This document shows, in pieces, positions 12,444-23,325 of a stretch of 64,000 nt of DNA; position 1 is the first letter of the stretch; every line of letters starts with the position of its first letter. A program made the position numbers and the translations under genes. Source of the stretch: a virus. The notes under the pieces were generated by a model that searched no databases, was not told the origin of the DNA, and saw nothing but the letters and a program-made list of their open reading frames with translations. The stretch lies in IMG/VR virus record IMGVR_UViG_3300047157_000171. One strand, 5' to 3'.

Positions 12444-13151
12444 ATGAAAAAAACACAAGAAGAGCTTCTTAACGAGGAGTTAAGTAGGTTTATGTCTATC
12501 AACAAATATGTTGGTACTATTAACGAACAAGAGTTAGGTGGTGAAGAGGAGGTGTCTACTGAATTACCAACAGGGTTGGATACAGAGACTCCTGAATTAG
12601 AGGACGAGGTTGAAACAGAAGATGAAGTATCAACTGAAGAACCAGGTGGTGGTTTGGATGATGCGTTATCGACTACTGAGGAATTACCTATGGGTGATGA
12701 AGAGGAGTTAGAAACAACAGAAGATTCAGATACTGAAGAAGTAGATGTTACTGATTTAGTTGACGGACAAAAAGAATTAGAGGAAAAATTTAAATCAACG
12801 GAAGAAAAGATTAGTCAATCGGTTGAAAAAGTTGATGGAGTATTTTCTAAGTTAGATGACTTAGAACAAAAAATGGGTGAATTGGATAAGTTATATAATG
12901 CGATTGACGACTTAGGTGATAAAATCGAACAAGCTAAACCAAAAACCCCTGAACAAAAATTAGAATTACGTTCATTAGATTCATACCCTTACAATCAGAA
13001 ATTAACAGATTTCTTTGATGATAAGGAAGTTGAAATGGATGTGACAGGTAAGGATGATTATGTATTAACATCTGATGACGTTAAAAATATGTCAGAAAAA
13101 GATGTTAAGGATTCATTCGTAGCACCTGATGAGGTTGAGGAAAACGACTAA
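12444..13151 (+). CDS. Highly acidic coiled-coil protein, possibly scaffold or head-associated
   Basis: 235 aa, Glu/Asp-rich N-half, heptad region LDDLEQKMGELDKL, LNEELSRFMSINKY start. Confidence 0.4.
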   Translation: MKKTQEELLNEELSRFMSINKYVGTINEQELGGEEEVSTELPTGLDTETPELEDEVETEDEVSTEEPGGGLDDALSTTEELPMGDEEELETTEDSDTEEVDVTDLVDGQKELEEKFKSTEEKISQSVEKVDGVFSKLDDLEQKMGELDKLYNAIDDLGDKIEQAKPKTPEQKLELRSLDSYPYNQKLTDFFDDKEVEMDVTGKDDYVLTSDDVKNMSEKDVKDSFVAPDEVEEND

Positions 13152-13172
13152 GAAAAAAACAATCTAAATATT

Positions 13173-13202
13173 AAAAGGGGTACGAAAGTGTCCCTTTTTT
13201 TT
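13173..13202 (+). terminator. Rho-independent terminator
   Basis: GGGGTAC-GAAA-GTGTCCC stem (two G-U pairs) followed by T8. Confidence 0.75.
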
Positions 13203-13223
13203 ATTCTTTATATATTTATTAGT

Positions 13224-14108
13224 ATGGATATTAGAGAAACTATTAAAGAGGATTTGGCCGTTTGGTTCGGGACTAAGAAAAAACCGAAAGGAAGTAAACA
13301 ACCAAAAGGACCATGGGTTAATATTTGTAAAAAGAAAAAGGGAGGTGGACACCCACCTTGCGGTCGTTCAGATGATGACGGTGATGGGAAAAAAGATGGT
13401 GCTTATCCTAAATGTAGAGCAGTCCATGTCGCGTCCAAAATGTCAGATGATGCCAAAAAAAAGGCATGTGGACAAAAAAGAAGGGCTGAAAAGAAAACCC
13501 CTAAAACGGGTAAGGGTAATAAACCTACAATGGTATCCAACAAAAACTTAAAAGAAAATATGTCAAAGACAGTTAAGATTACAGAAATAGAACTATATAC
13601 TATAGTTGAAAATGTTATAAAAGAACAAAAAGAAAAATTATCAAAGTTTGATTCGGTATCGGATATCGCTGAATGGTCTAAAATAGTCTCACAATTTTCA
13701 GGTGACGATTTTAGGTTTGTAGAATATAAAAGATTTAGAGCCGCGACTGATAGTGATGGTGAGTATTTAGCTCATTGGGACCATAAATTAGGAATGGGGT
13801 TCTTTGATGAGATGGATTTAATCCCTGAAGATAGTTTAGAAGGATTAGGTATTGTTAAAGACGATAAAGAGTACGAGTTTTTTGGTGATTTAAATGAGAC
13901 CGACTTACTTGAAGGTAAGAAAAAAAGTAAAAGTAAAAAATCTAAAAACGCTTTATGTGCGAGAGGTAAGTCAGCGGCTAAGGCTAAGTTTGACGTTTAC
14001 CCGTCAGCATATGCTAACGGATATGCGGTACAGGTCTGTAAAGGTACTATAAAAGGTTTAGACGGTAAAAAAAGGTGTTCAGGTAAATATTGTAAGGGTA
14101 AAAAGTAA
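13224..14108 (+). CDS. Lys/Cys-rich basic phage protein
   Basis: Likely start ATG 13224. K-rich termini with GPWVNIC..., YPKCR and YPSAYANGYAVQVCKG motifs. Confidence 0.5.
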   Translation: MDIRETIKEDLAVWFGTKKKPKGSKQPKGPWVNICKKKKGGGHPPCGRSDDDGDGKKDGAYPKCRAVHVASKMSDDAKKKACGQKRRAEKKTPKTGKGNKPTMVSNKNLKENMSKTVKITEIELYTIVENVIKEQKEKLSKFDSVSDIAEWSKIVSQFSGDDFRFVEYKRFRAATDSDGEYLAHWDHKLGMGFFDEMDLIPEDSLEGLGIVKDDKEYEFFGDLNETDLLEGKKKSKSKKSKNALCARGKSAAKAKFDVYPSAYANGYAVQVCKGTIKGLDGKKRCSGKYCKGKK

Positions 14109-14174
14109 TAAACTATTATTCGTTTATTTTTAATATTGAAAGGGTTATATTTATAGATATAATCCTTTTTTTTT

Positions 14175-14720
14175 ATGTCATTTTATTATAAATTTGGTAC
14201 TGTTGAAACTACAACCCCTTGGAATAGACCTACATTGGAGGTGTTTAATGAGTGGTGGGAAGAATTCAAAACATTTGAAGGTGTTTCTGATTATGATTTC
14301 TATCTGTCAGGTAGTTTTCTGACTTTAAGAGATACTGATAAAACATGGGACGTAGATGTTATAGTAACAGGTCCGATTAAAAATTTTGTAAATTTAAGTG
14401 ATATTTTAAAACACGGTAGGTTATTAGGGTTTCAGAAAAAAATCTTTATAGACCTTTTCTATTACGACTCAATAGAGTTTTGTTACGGTGAAATTAGTGA
14501 GGAAAATATTAAGTACTACCTTAAAGGTTTTTTACTTGGGCAAGAACTTAAGATTGTTGATGGTAAAACTGAGGTCGATAGAAAACTTCATAGTACTTTA
14601 ACTCCGGGTAAGCCATATGGTTCCGATGTGGGATTTGTTTACACAAAACAACCAACAATCAAACAGTTAAACAACAAGGAAAAATATCACCCTACAAACC
14701 GAGCAAAAAAACTAAATTAA
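14175..14720 (+). CDS. Minimal Pol-beta-superfamily nucleotidyltransferase
   Basis: hGS-x-DhD motif YLSGSF...TWDVDVIV, with a probable third Asp in FIDLF. Confidence 0.65.
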   Translation: MSFYYKFGTVETTTPWNRPTLEVFNEWWEEFKTFEGVSDYDFYLSGSFLTLRDTDKTWDVDVIVTGPIKNFVNLSDILKHGRLLGFQKKIFIDLFYYDSIEFCYGEISEENIKYYLKGFLLGQELKIVDGKTEVDRKLHSTLTPGKPYGSDVGFVYTKQPTIKQLNNKEKYHPTNRAKKLN

Positions 14721-14744
14721 ACTTCTCTACGTTCAACATATTAG

Positions 14745-14774
14745 TTGACTTATTAATAATAATGTGTATCTTTA
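14745..14774 (+). promoter_or_regulatory. Putative middle promoter upstream of ssb
   Basis: TTGACT-N16-TATCTTTA; the same architecture occurs at 45113 and 54951. Confidence 0.45.
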
Positions 14775-14848
14775 CATTGGGTTAGATAACCAAACACGAG
14801 AACGGGTTATAACCGAACAATAATTTATTAATAACAAAAAAAGTAAAC

Positions 14849-15730
14849 ATGTCAAACATTTTAGACGCGGTTCTACAACAGTACGAATCAAACAAAATCG
14901 AGCCAAAATCAAACTCGAACAGAATGTCTCAAGACGAGAGACTTAAAAAGTATTTCACCACTATCTTACAGAAAGGTGAAAGAGAAGGTCAAAAAAGGGT
15001 ACGTATCCTACCTACTGCAGATGGTACGTCACCATTCAAAGAAGTATGGTTCCACGAATGTCAAGTTGGTGGTAGATGGATGAAAATCTATGACCCAGGA
15101 AAGAACGAAGGTAAACGTTCACCATTAAATGAAGTTAACGAAGCACTTATGATGACAGGTTCTGAGCAAGACAAAGTCTTGGCAAGACAGTACAAGTCAC
15201 GTAAATTCTATATCGTTAAAGTAATCGACCAAGACAAACCAGAAGATGGTGTTAAGTTTTGGAGATTTAAACACAACTATAAAGGTGATGGTATCTTAGA
15301 CAAAATTATCCCAATTTGGAAGAATAAAGGTGATGTAACTGACCCATCGGTTGGTAGAGACTTAATCCTTTCACTTTCATTAGTAAAAGCACCAAACGGA
15401 AAAGAATATACTAACGTTGCGTCAATCATGTATGATGACCCAACACCTATTTCTACAGACGCGGCACAACAATCAGAGTGGACCGATAACGTTATGACGT
15501 GGGAAGATGTATATGCTAAGAAACCTGAAGAATATTTAGAAGCAATCGCTCAAGGTCACGAACCAAGATGGAGTTCAGAAGCTGGTAAGTATGTATATGG
15601 AGATGGTGAAAACATTGTAGAAATTTCAGGAGGTACATCTACAACAACCAAGGTTGAAACAACACCAACACAGGTAAAAATAGAAGATACTCAAGCAAAC
15701 GCTAAGGTAGACGAAGACTTACCATTTTAA
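14849..15730 (+). CDS. ssb: Single-stranded DNA-binding protein, T4 gp32-like
   Basis: RVRILP, VWFH, RKFYIVKVI and GRDLIL motifs; acidic tail ending DEDLPF; sits next to UvsX. Confidence 0.8.
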   Translation: MSNILDAVLQQYESNKIEPKSNSNRMSQDERLKKYFTTILQKGEREGQKRVRILPTADGTSPFKEVWFHECQVGGRWMKIYDPGKNEGKRSPLNEVNEALMMTGSEQDKVLARQYKSRKFYIVKVIDQDKPEDGVKFWRFKHNYKGDGILDKIIPIWKNKGDVTDPSVGRDLILSLSLVKAPNGKEYTNVASIMYDDPTPISTDAAQQSEWTDNVMTWEDVYAKKPEEYLEAIAQGHEPRWSSEAGKYVYGDGENIVEISGGTSTTTKVETTPTQVKIEDTQANAKVDEDLPF

Positions 15731-15742
15731 TAAACACTAATC

Positions 15743-15774
15743 ATATGGTACCGACACGGATGTCGGTACCATAT
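15743..15774. other. Perfect 14-bp hairpin between ssb and uvsX
   Basis: ATATGGTACCGACA-CGGA-TGTCGGTACCATAT, with no U-tract after it. Confidence 0.85.
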
Positions 15775-15790
15775 TATCACACAAACAAAT

Positions 15791-16789
15791 ATGGCATTAA
15801 AGAAAAAAGACTTTAGTAGTATTAAATCAAAATTCTCAAAACAGGCGAAGTTTAAGTCTGACAGATTTTTTGATTTAGGACCATCCTTTTTAGATGCTAC
15901 AGGGTTACCAGGTCCGGCTATGGGTCACATTAATATGTACTTAGGTCATTCAGATACTGGTAAAACAACTGCCTTAGTAAAGGCGGCGGTAGACGCACAA
16001 AAAAAGGGAATATTACCTGTATTCGTCATCACTGAACAGAAATGGGATTTTCCACACGCAAAATTGATGGGATTAGAAATTGATGAAGTCGTTGATGAAG
16101 AAACGGGTGAAATTGAATATGATGGATTTTTCTTATTCAACAATCACTTTGAGTATATTGAACAAATAACGGATTATATTAATGAATTGTTAGATGCTCA
16201 GGCAAAAGGTGATTTACCATACGACCTATTATTCCTTTGGGATTCTGTGGGTTCTGTGCCATGTAAGATGACTTACGATGGTAAAGGTGGTAAACAACAC
16301 AACGCATCTGTATTATCGGATAAGATTGGTATGGGACTTAATCAAAGAATCTCAGGTTCGAGAAGAGTTGATAGAGAACATACGAACACATTATTGGTTG
16401 TTAATCAACCATGGGTAGAATTACCTGATAATCCATTTGGACAACCAAAGATTAAGGCTAAGGGAGGGGAATCGTTATGGTTAAACTCAACATTAGTATT
16501 CTTATTTGGTAATCAAAAAGGTGCTGGAACAACTAAAATTTCGGCAGTAAAAGACAAAAGAAAGGTAAGATTCGCAACAAGAACTAGAATATCTATTATG
16601 AAAAACCACGTAAATGGAATGGGGTATGAAGATGGTAGAATTTTAGTCACTGCTCACGGTTTCTTATCAGGTAAAGATTCGGCGGAAGAGAAAAAATCTT
16701 TAGAGAAATACAAGGCTGATAACGCTCCTTATTGGAAGACGATGTTAGGTATTGAAGGAGAGTTTGGTCTTTCGGTGGACGGAGAGTAG
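15791..16789 (+). CDS. uvsX: RecA/UvsX-like recombinase
   Basis: Walker A GHSDTGKTT, Walker B LFLWDSVG, plus NQ and KGG motifs. Confidence 0.85.
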   Translation: MALKKKDFSSIKSKFSKQAKFKSDRFFDLGPSFLDATGLPGPAMGHINMYLGHSDTGKTTALVKAAVDAQKKGILPVFVITEQKWDFPHAKLMGLEIDEVVDEETGEIEYDGFFLFNNHFEYIEQITDYINELLDAQAKGDLPYDLLFLWDSVGSVPCKMTYDGKGGKQHNASVLSDKIGMGLNQRISGSRRVDREHTNTLLVVNQPWVELPDNPFGQPKIKAKGGESLWLNSTLVFLFGNQKGAGTTKISAVKDKRKVRFATRTRISIMKNHVNGMGYEDGRILVTAHGFLSGKDSAEEKKSLEKYKADNAPYWKTMLGIEGEFGLSVDGE

Positions 16790-16833
16790 AGAGAGTAAAA
16801 AGTATATATGGTTTAACCTTTCAAGGTATATAA

Positions 16834-17874
16834 ATGAAAAACACGTTAGTAGTTGACGGAGACAACTTATTTAGGATTGGATTTTACGGAGTAAAGAACT
16901 TTTACACTAAAGGAAAGCATGTTGGAGCTATATACCATTTCTTAAATACGATTAAGAGACATATTCAGGCCCATAATTATAACAAGATAGTAGTATTTTG
17001 GGATGGGTCTGAAAACTCTTCGTTTAGGAAAAAAATATTCTTACATTATAAAGATAATCGTAAGAGTAGAAACTTATCAGAAGAACAACAAGAGTCTTAT
17101 AACTTCCAAAGACAGAGAGTAAAACAGTATTTAGAAGAATTATTTGTACGACAATCAGAATTTAGTGTTTGTGAGGCAGATGATAATATTGCGTTTTACT
17201 GTCAAAACTCAGAAAACGAAACAAAGGTTATTTTCTCATCAGACAAAGACCTCACACAACTTATTAGTGACGATGTTAAAGTTTTTTCACCCACAAATTC
17301 CTATATGTATGAATTGGGTGATAAGATTGAATTAAATAAAGTAGACATACCAACATATAACGTTGCACTTACAAAAATTTTTGTTGGAGATAAGAGTGAT
17401 AATATTGATGGTATTCAGATGTTAGGTGAGAAGACGTTCGTTAAACTTTTCCCAAAGGTTCTAACGGAAGAGATGACAATCCAACAAGTTCTAACAAGGG
17501 CGGAGGAGTTATTTACCGAGGACAAAAATAATCGATTAGTTAATAACATTCTCACAGGAAAAACAAAGAGAGGTGTGTTCGGTGAAGAATTTATAAATAT
17601 TAACAAACAAATAGTAGATTTAAGCGTACCTTTGTTGACCGACGAAGCAAAAAATGATATACTTGAATTAGTAAACGAACCATTAGACCCGACAGGTAGG
17701 GGATGGCAGAACTTAATTAAAATGATGCACGAAGACGGGTTATTTCAGTTCTTACCTAAACGTGACGATGGTTGGACAGAGTTTTTCACGCCACTCTTAA
17801 AATTGGCGAGAACAGAGAAAGAAACATTTAGTAAAACAAACAAAAGAAGAAGACATGAAAGAAAAAAACGATAA
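16834..17874 (+). CDS. 5'-3' exonuclease / T4 RNase H-like flap nuclease
   Basis: LVVDGDN, VFWDG, EADD, SSDKD and GDKSDNIDG motifs. Confidence 0.9.
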   Translation: MKNTLVVDGDNLFRIGFYGVKNFYTKGKHVGAIYHFLNTIKRHIQAHNYNKIVVFWDGSENSSFRKKIFLHYKDNRKSRNLSEEQQESYNFQRQRVKQYLEELFVRQSEFSVCEADDNIAFYCQNSENETKVIFSSDKDLTQLISDDVKVFSPTNSYMYELGDKIELNKVDIPTYNVALTKIFVGDKSDNIDGIQMLGEKTFVKLFPKVLTEEMTIQQVLTRAEELFTEDKNNRLVNNILTGKTKRGVFGEEFININKQIVDLSVPLLTDEAKNDILELVNEPLDPTGRGWQNLIKMMHEDGLFQFLPKRDDGWTEFFTPLLKLARTEKETFSKTNKRRRHERKKR

Positions 17875-18301
17875 CTCAACAAAATTTGAGTTTCTATTAA
17901 AATTGAATGACAACATTGTGTGTCAAAGATATTTTAATGTCAAAGGATTCAATTCTAAAACGTTAAAATCGTTAGAACTTCACAATGAAGTTGCTTATGT
18001 AGTCAATGAATTAAAAGAGACATTGAAGTACAAAACTAGTGATTATATGGCGGAAAACTATCACTTATTTTTAGATGGTGGTGACTTAGAAAAAGGTAAT
18101 ACTCAGAACGATTATTTCACTATTTCGATACGTAAGGACGATAGAGATGTGATTACTCGTTACTTTGAAGGTTCAATCTACCCACCTAAAGTTAGGTACA
18201 CAGTAGACATCAGACCTACACTAAGAAGAATCTTAAAAAATTTCACCGACACATTGTCAGGAAAAAATGCAACTACAAACTATCTAACATACAAACTTTA
18301 A
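17855..18301 (+). CDS. Hypothetical protein in the replication operon
   Basis: 148-aa ORF overlapping the end of the exonuclease gene. Confidence 0.6.
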   Translation: MKEKNDNSTKFEFLLKLNDNIVCQRYFNVKGFNSKTLKSLELHNEVAYVVNELKETLKYKTSDYMAENYHLFLDGGDLEKGNTQNDYFTISIRKDDRDVITRYFEGSIYPPKVRYTVDIRPTLRRILKNFTDTLSGKNATTNYLTYKL

Positions 18302-18339
18302 TAGTATTTATTTTAGGGTAGTTAATTAAACGAGTATAT

Positions 18340-19734
18340 ATGAAGGATAAAAATTTTGGATATTTAGGACATAGCTTTCAAATATCTCTACTAAATAATT
18401 TAGTGGAAGATAAGAGATTTGCAACGACTATCATTGACGTGATAGACCCTAAGTATTTTGACAATCAGTATTTTAAATTGATTGGTCAAATGGTGAAAGA
18501 GTACCACAGAAAATATGAAACTTCACCTTCATATGATGCACTCGAGCAAATTGCGAGATTAGAGGTAACACAAGAAATGGCACAAAGAAATGTCATGGAT
18601 ATGATACGTCAAATCAAAGAGCACGAATCTAAAGACCCATTGTTTATCCAAGAAAAGGCGACTAAGTTTTGTAAACAACAAGAGTTAGGTAAAGCAATGG
18701 CTAAAGTTAAAGAAATAATGGACAAAGGAGACTTTGAAAATTATGAAAGGGCTGAGGCGTATATTCGTGAAGCATTACAGGTAGGTGAAAAAGATTTGGG
18801 AACCCAAGACGTATTCGACCACTTAAGTACTGTTTTAGATGATGATTATAGACATCCGATACCTATGGGTATTGAGGGGTTAGATAATCTCTTAAATGGT
18901 GGTTTAGCAAAGGGAGAACTTGGAGTGGTATTAGCACCGACAGGTGTTGGTAAAACAACCATACTTAGTAAAATTGCGAACTCCGCGTATAATTTAGGGT
19001 ATAATGTTCTTCAAATATTCTTTGAAGATAATCCTAAGATTATACAAAGAAAACATTTCACTATGTGGACAGGTATCGCACCTCAAGAATTGTCAGACAA
19101 TCGAGATGATGTTATGACAAAAGTAAATGAGATTAAAGCCAATAGTGAAGGTAAGTTAATATTAAAAAAGTTACCATCTGATTCTCTTACATTGGGACAG
19201 ATTAAGAGTCAGGTTAGAAAGATAATCGCAGAGGGCACTAAAATTGATTTGATTGTAATGGATTATATTGATTGTGTGGCGGCTGAGAAGAATTTCAGTG
19301 GTGACGAATGGAAAAGTGAAGGAAATATTATGAGACAATTTGAAGCTATGTGTTACGAATTTGATGTTGCGGCTTGGACTGCAACACAAGGTAACCGTTC
19401 TTCGATTTCATCTGAGGTCGTTACGACTGACCAAATGGGTGGGTCGATTAAAAAGGCACAAGTTGGACACGTAATTATTTCTGTAGCAAAAACACTTCAA
19501 CAAAAAGAATTAGGACTAGCGACAATCGCTATTACTAAGAGTCGTTTAGGACAAGACGGTGTTGTATTTGAAAATTGTAAGTTTGATAATAAATTATTAG
19601 AAATCAGTACTGAACAAACAAATACATTCTTAGGGTTTGAAGAAAACAAAGAAGAAAAAAGAAGGGACCGTGTGTTACAAGCACTACAAAGAAGGAACCA
19701 AACTTTAGGGAAATCAAACAAAACAAATAATTAA
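18340..19734 (+). CDS. dnaB: Replicative DNA helicase (DnaB / T4 gp41-like)
   Basis: Walker A APTGVGKTT, IVMDYID, WTATQGNR, KSRLG. Confidence 0.9.
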   Translation: MKDKNFGYLGHSFQISLLNNLVEDKRFATTIIDVIDPKYFDNQYFKLIGQMVKEYHRKYETSPSYDALEQIARLEVTQEMAQRNVMDMIRQIKEHESKDPLFIQEKATKFCKQQELGKAMAKVKEIMDKGDFENYERAEAYIREALQVGEKDLGTQDVFDHLSTVLDDDYRHPIPMGIEGLDNLLNGGLAKGELGVVLAPTGVGKTTILSKIANSAYNLGYNVLQIFFEDNPKIIQRKHFTMWTGIAPQELSDNRDDVMTKVNEIKANSEGKLILKKLPSDSLTLGQIKSQVRKIIAEGTKIDLIVMDYIDCVAAEKNFSGDEWKSEGNIMRQFEAMCYEFDVAAWTATQGNRSSISSEVVTTDQMGGSIKKAQVGHVIISVAKTLQQKELGLATIAITKSRLGQDGVVFENCKFDNKLLEISTEQTNTFLGFEENKEEKRRDRVLQALQRRNQTLGKSNKTNN

Positions 19735-19743
19735 AACATTATT

Positions 19744-20724
19744 ATGAAACAAGTAGAACCTATTTTACAGGAGAATAAGGACCGTTTTGTCCTTTTTCCA
19801 ATCAAACACCATGACATTTGGGATTGGTACAAAAAATCTGAGGCTTCCTTTTGGACCGCTGAGGAGATAGATTTATCCGCTGACTTTGGTCATTGGGAGA
19901 GTCTGAACGAAGGTGAACAACACTTCGTTAAAAACGTATTGGCGTTCTTCGCGGCGTCTGACGGTATAGTTAATGAAAACTTAGCTGAGAATTTTGTTAG
20001 TGAAGTACAGTATACTGAAGCTAAATTCTTTTATGGTTTTCAAATTATGATGGAGAACATTCATTCAGAGACATATTCTTTGTTGATTGATTCTTATATT
20101 AAAGATAAGGAAGAACAGAATAAATTATTCAACGCAATTGAAACGGTACCAGCGGTTAAGAAAAAGGCTGAGTGGGCGTTAAAATGGATAGATTCAGATT
20201 CTTTTGCTGAGAGATTGGTTGCTTTTGCTGCCGTTGAAGGGATTTTCTTTTCAGGGTCATTCGCATCTATTTTTTGGTTAAAGAAAAGAGGGTTGATGCC
20301 AGGGTTGAGTTTTTCTAATGAACTAATCTCAAGAGATGAGGCGTTACACTGTGACTTTGCAGTACACCTACACAACAACCACTTAAATAATAAAGTACCA
20401 CAAGAAAGAATCAAAGAGATTATTCTTTCAGCTTTAGAAATTGAGAAGGAGTTTATTACTGAATCATTACCGGTATCACTAATTGGTATGAATTCAGATT
20501 TAATGAAACAATACTTAGAGTATGTTACAGACAGATTATTGGATTCCTTAGGGTGTTCAAAAGAGTTTAACTCTTCAAATCCATTTGATTTCATGCAGAA
20601 TATCGCATTACAGAATAAGACAAACTTCTTTGAGAAGAGAGTGTCAGAATATTCTAAGAGTGGTGTTGGAGATAAAAAAGAAGATGAGGTTGACCCATTT
20701 GGTGGAATGGATATTGACTTCTAA
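19744..20724 (+). CDS. nrdB: Ribonucleotide reductase class Ia beta subunit
   Basis: [45 protein letters not shown] and [10 protein letters not shown] motifs. Confidence 0.97.
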   Translation: MKQVEPILQENKDRFVLFPIKHHDIWDWYKKSEASFWTAEEIDLSADFGHWESLNEGEQHFVKNVLAFFAASDGIVNENLAENFVSEVQYTEAKFFYGFQIMMENIHSETYSLLIDSYIKDKEEQNKLFNAIETVPAVKKKAEWALKWIDSDSFAERLVAFAAVEGIFFSGSFASIFWLKKRGLMPGLSFSNELISRDEALHCDFAVHLHNNHLNNKVPQERIKEIILSALEIEKEFITESLPVSLIGMNSDLMKQYLEYVTDRLLDSLGCSKEFNSSNPFDFMQNIALQNKTNFFEKRVSEYSKSGVGDKKEDEVDPFGGMDIDF

Positions 20725-20738
20725 AAAAAATAAGAGAA

Positions 20739-23216
20739 ATGAGTAAAATGAGAGTATTAAAAAGAGATGGTTCTACTGACATTGTCAGATTAGATAAAAT
20801 CTCATTAAGGATTAAAAAACAGACTTACGGTCTGAATACTGATTATGTTGACTACAATGCAGTTGCTATTAAAGTAGTTAATGGTTTATATGATGGAGTG
20901 ACTACTGATGAGTTAGATAACTTAGCATCAGAAACGGCAGCGTCTATGGCGACAATACATCCTGATTACTCTATACTCGCGGCACGTATCGCAATTACTG
21001 CGATGTACAAAAACATCGACAAACAATTCACGTCGGTGGCAAGTAAATTATATAATTATATTGAACCAAAAACAGGTGAACAGGCAGGTATGATTTCTGA
21101 CGATACTTATTCAGTAATTGAAAAGTATGGTGATAAATTAGATAAAATGATTGTTCATGATAGAGACTTTAACTTTGATTACTTCGGTTATAAAACGTTA
21201 GAAAAGTCTTACCTATTAAAGATTGATGGTAAAATTGCTGAGACACCTCAGCACTTGTATATGAGAGTGGCCGTAGGGATATGGGGGGATAATATTGAAA
21301 AGGTTGAATCGACCTACAATATGTTATCAACAGGAGTTATGACACACGCAACACCAACATTGTTTAATGCGGGAACTAAAAGACCACAACTGTCATCATG
21401 TTTCTTATTAGACATTGACGATGATTCTATTCAAGGAATTTATAAAACATTATCAGATTGTGCTGCTATTTCACAATCAGCAGGTGGTATCGGACTTAAC
21501 ATACATAAGATTCGTTCTAAAGGTTCTTATATTAAAGGGACTAATGGAACTTCGAATGGTATTATACCAATGTTAAAGGTGTTTAATGAAACTGCTAGAT
21601 ATGTAGACCAAGGTGGTGGTAAAAGAAAAGGGTCGATAGCCGTTTACTTGGAACCATGGCATGCTGACATCTACGACTTTTTAGATTTAAGAAAGAATCA
21701 TGGTAAAGAAGAATTAAGAGCAAGAGATTTGTTCTTGGCATTATGGATTTCAGATTTATTCATGGAGAGAGTTAAGACCAATGGAGATTGGACATTATTT
21801 TCACCTAATGAGGTACCAGGATTGATAGATGCTTATGATGATGGAGAGAACAAGGCGTTCAGTGATTTATACCAAAAGTATGAGTCAGAGGGTAAAGGTA
21901 AAACGATTAAGGCTCGTGAATTATGGGCGAAAGTTTTAGAATCACAAATTGAAACAGGTACTCCTTATATGTTATATAAAGACCCTGCAAACGCTAAATC
22001 TAATCAGAAGAATTTAGGTACTATTAAGTCATCTAACTTATGTACTGAAATTTTAGAGTATACCGATAAGGATGAAACTGCGGTTTGTAACTTAGCATCT
22101 ATTGCGTTACCAAAAATGGTAACAATACCTGAAGGTAAAGTACGTTCACAAAATAAGGGGTTAAGAACTTTTGATTTTGATATGTTATATGATGTTGCGT
22201 ATAATACGACTGTTAACTTAAATCAGGTAATTGATATCAACTATTATCCTACTCCTGAGACTAAACGTTCAAACTTTAGACATAGACCAATCGGAATTGG
22301 TATCCAGGGATTAGCGGATGTATTTGCTATGATGGGGTATCCTTTTGATTCTGAAAAAGCCTCAACTCTTAACTCAGAGATATTCGAAACAATATACTTT
22401 GCGGCGGTTACGGCATCTAAAGATAAGGCGATTGAAGAAGGTCACTACGAAACATTTAAAGGGTCTCCTTTATCGGAGGGTAAATTCCAATTTGAATTAT
22501 GGGGGTTAACAGACTCTGATATGTCAGGTAAATGGGATTGGAAATCTTTACGAGATGAGGTTGTGAAACACGGGGTTAGAAACTCATTATTAATGGCACC
22601 AATGCCAACGGCTTCAACGGCACAAATTTTAGGTAATAATGAATGTTTTGAACCATTTACTGCTAACATATATAAAAGAAACACCCTATCAGGTGAGTTT
22701 GTAATGGTAAACAAACACTTAATCCAAGATTTAGTTAACTTAGGTTTATGGAATGATAAGGTTAGGTTACAGATGTTTGCGGGTAATGGTTCGGTACTAC
22801 ATATTGATGAAATACCGCAAGAAATAAAAGATAGATATAAAACAGTTTGGGAAATTTCACAAAAGAAATTAATTGATATGGCGGCTGATAGAGGTGTGTT
22901 TATCGACCAATCACAATCTATGAATTTATTTATGGAAGACGTAAACGCGGCGAAACTAACTGCTGCTCACTTCCACGCATGGGAAAAGGGGTTAAAGACA
23001 GGTATGTACTATTTGAGAACGAGACCGAAGTCTGAAGCACTGAAAGGTTTGGGTATTGATATGTCTAAATTGGAGGAAACACCAAAAGAGGTTGTTGCAC
23101 CACAAATTGAGACACCAAAGATAACGCAACCAACACCGATGACTGATGAACAGTTATTGAATGATATGGTTTGTTCGTTAGACAATCCTGATGACTGTGA
23201 AGCATGTGGTTCATAA
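20739..23216 (+). CDS. nrdA: Ribonucleotide reductase class Ia alpha subunit with ATP cone
   Basis: N-terminal VLKRDG ATP cone, [35 protein letters not shown]-terminal CEACGS. Confidence 0.97.
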   Translation: MSKMRVLKRDGSTDIVRLDKISLRIKKQTYGLNTDYVDYNAVAIKVVNGLYDGVTTDELDNLASETAASMATIHPDYSILAARIAITAMYKNIDKQFTSVASKLYNYIEPKTGEQAGMISDDTYSVIEKYGDKLDKMIVHDRDFNFDYFGYKTLEKSYLLKIDGKIAETPQHLYMRVAVGIWGDNIEKVESTYNMLSTGVMTHATPTLFNAGTKRPQLSSCFLLDIDDDSIQGIYKTLSDCAAISQSAGGIGLNIHKIRSKGSYIKGTNGTSNGIIPMLKVFNETARYVDQGGGKRKGSIAVYLEPWHADIYDFLDLRKNHGKEELRARDLFLALWISDLFMERVKTNGDWTLFSPNEVPGLIDAYDDGENKAFSDLYQKYESEGKGKTIKARELWAKVLESQIETGTPYMLYKDPANAKSNQKNLGTIKSSNLCTEILEYTDKDETAVCNLASIALPKMVTIPEGKVRSQNKGLRTFDFDMLYDVAYNTTVNLNQVIDINYYPTPETKRSNFRHRPIGIGIQGLADVFAMMGYPFDSEKASTLNSEIFETIYFAAVTASKDKAIEEGHYETFKGSPLSEGKFQFELWGLTDSDMSGKWDWKSLRDEVVKHGVRNSLLMAPMPTASTAQILGNNECFEPFTANIYKRNTLSGEFVMVNKHLIQDLVNLGLWNDKVRLQMFAGNGSVLHIDEIPQEIKDRYKTVWEISQKKLIDMAADRGVFIDQSQSMNLFMEDVNAAKLTAAHFHAWEKGLKTGMYYLRTRPKSEALKGLGIDMSKLEETPKEVVAPQIETPKITQPTPMTDEQLLNDMVCSLDNPDDCEACGS

Positions 23217-23234
23217 CCAAAAAAACAGATTGAT

Positions 23235-23261
23235 AAAAAGAGGACTTAGGTCCTCTTTTTT
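23235..23261 (+). terminator. Rho-independent (potentially bidirectional) terminator
   Basis: AAAAAGAGGAC-TTAG-GTCCTCTTTTTT after nrdA. Confidence 0.85.
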
Positions 23262-23301
23262 ATTTATTGACTTTAATAATGGGAGAAAATAGTTAATTTA
23301 A

Positions 23302-23309
23302 TATTTATA
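23302..23309 (+). promoter_or_regulatory. Putative late promoter TATTTATA
   Basis: Starts 24 nt before the gp25-like ATG. Confidence 0.45.
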
Positions 23310-23325
23310 GTAATAAAGCAACTAA

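Noticed and set aside
12196-13223. ORF-track starts at 12196 and 13188
   Set aside because: The upstream extensions run through promoter/terminator sequence; ATGs at 12226 and 13224 fit better.
19744-23216. Introns/inteins in nrdB/nrdA or in dnaB/uvsX
   Set aside because: Lengths and motifs are continuous, with no insertions.
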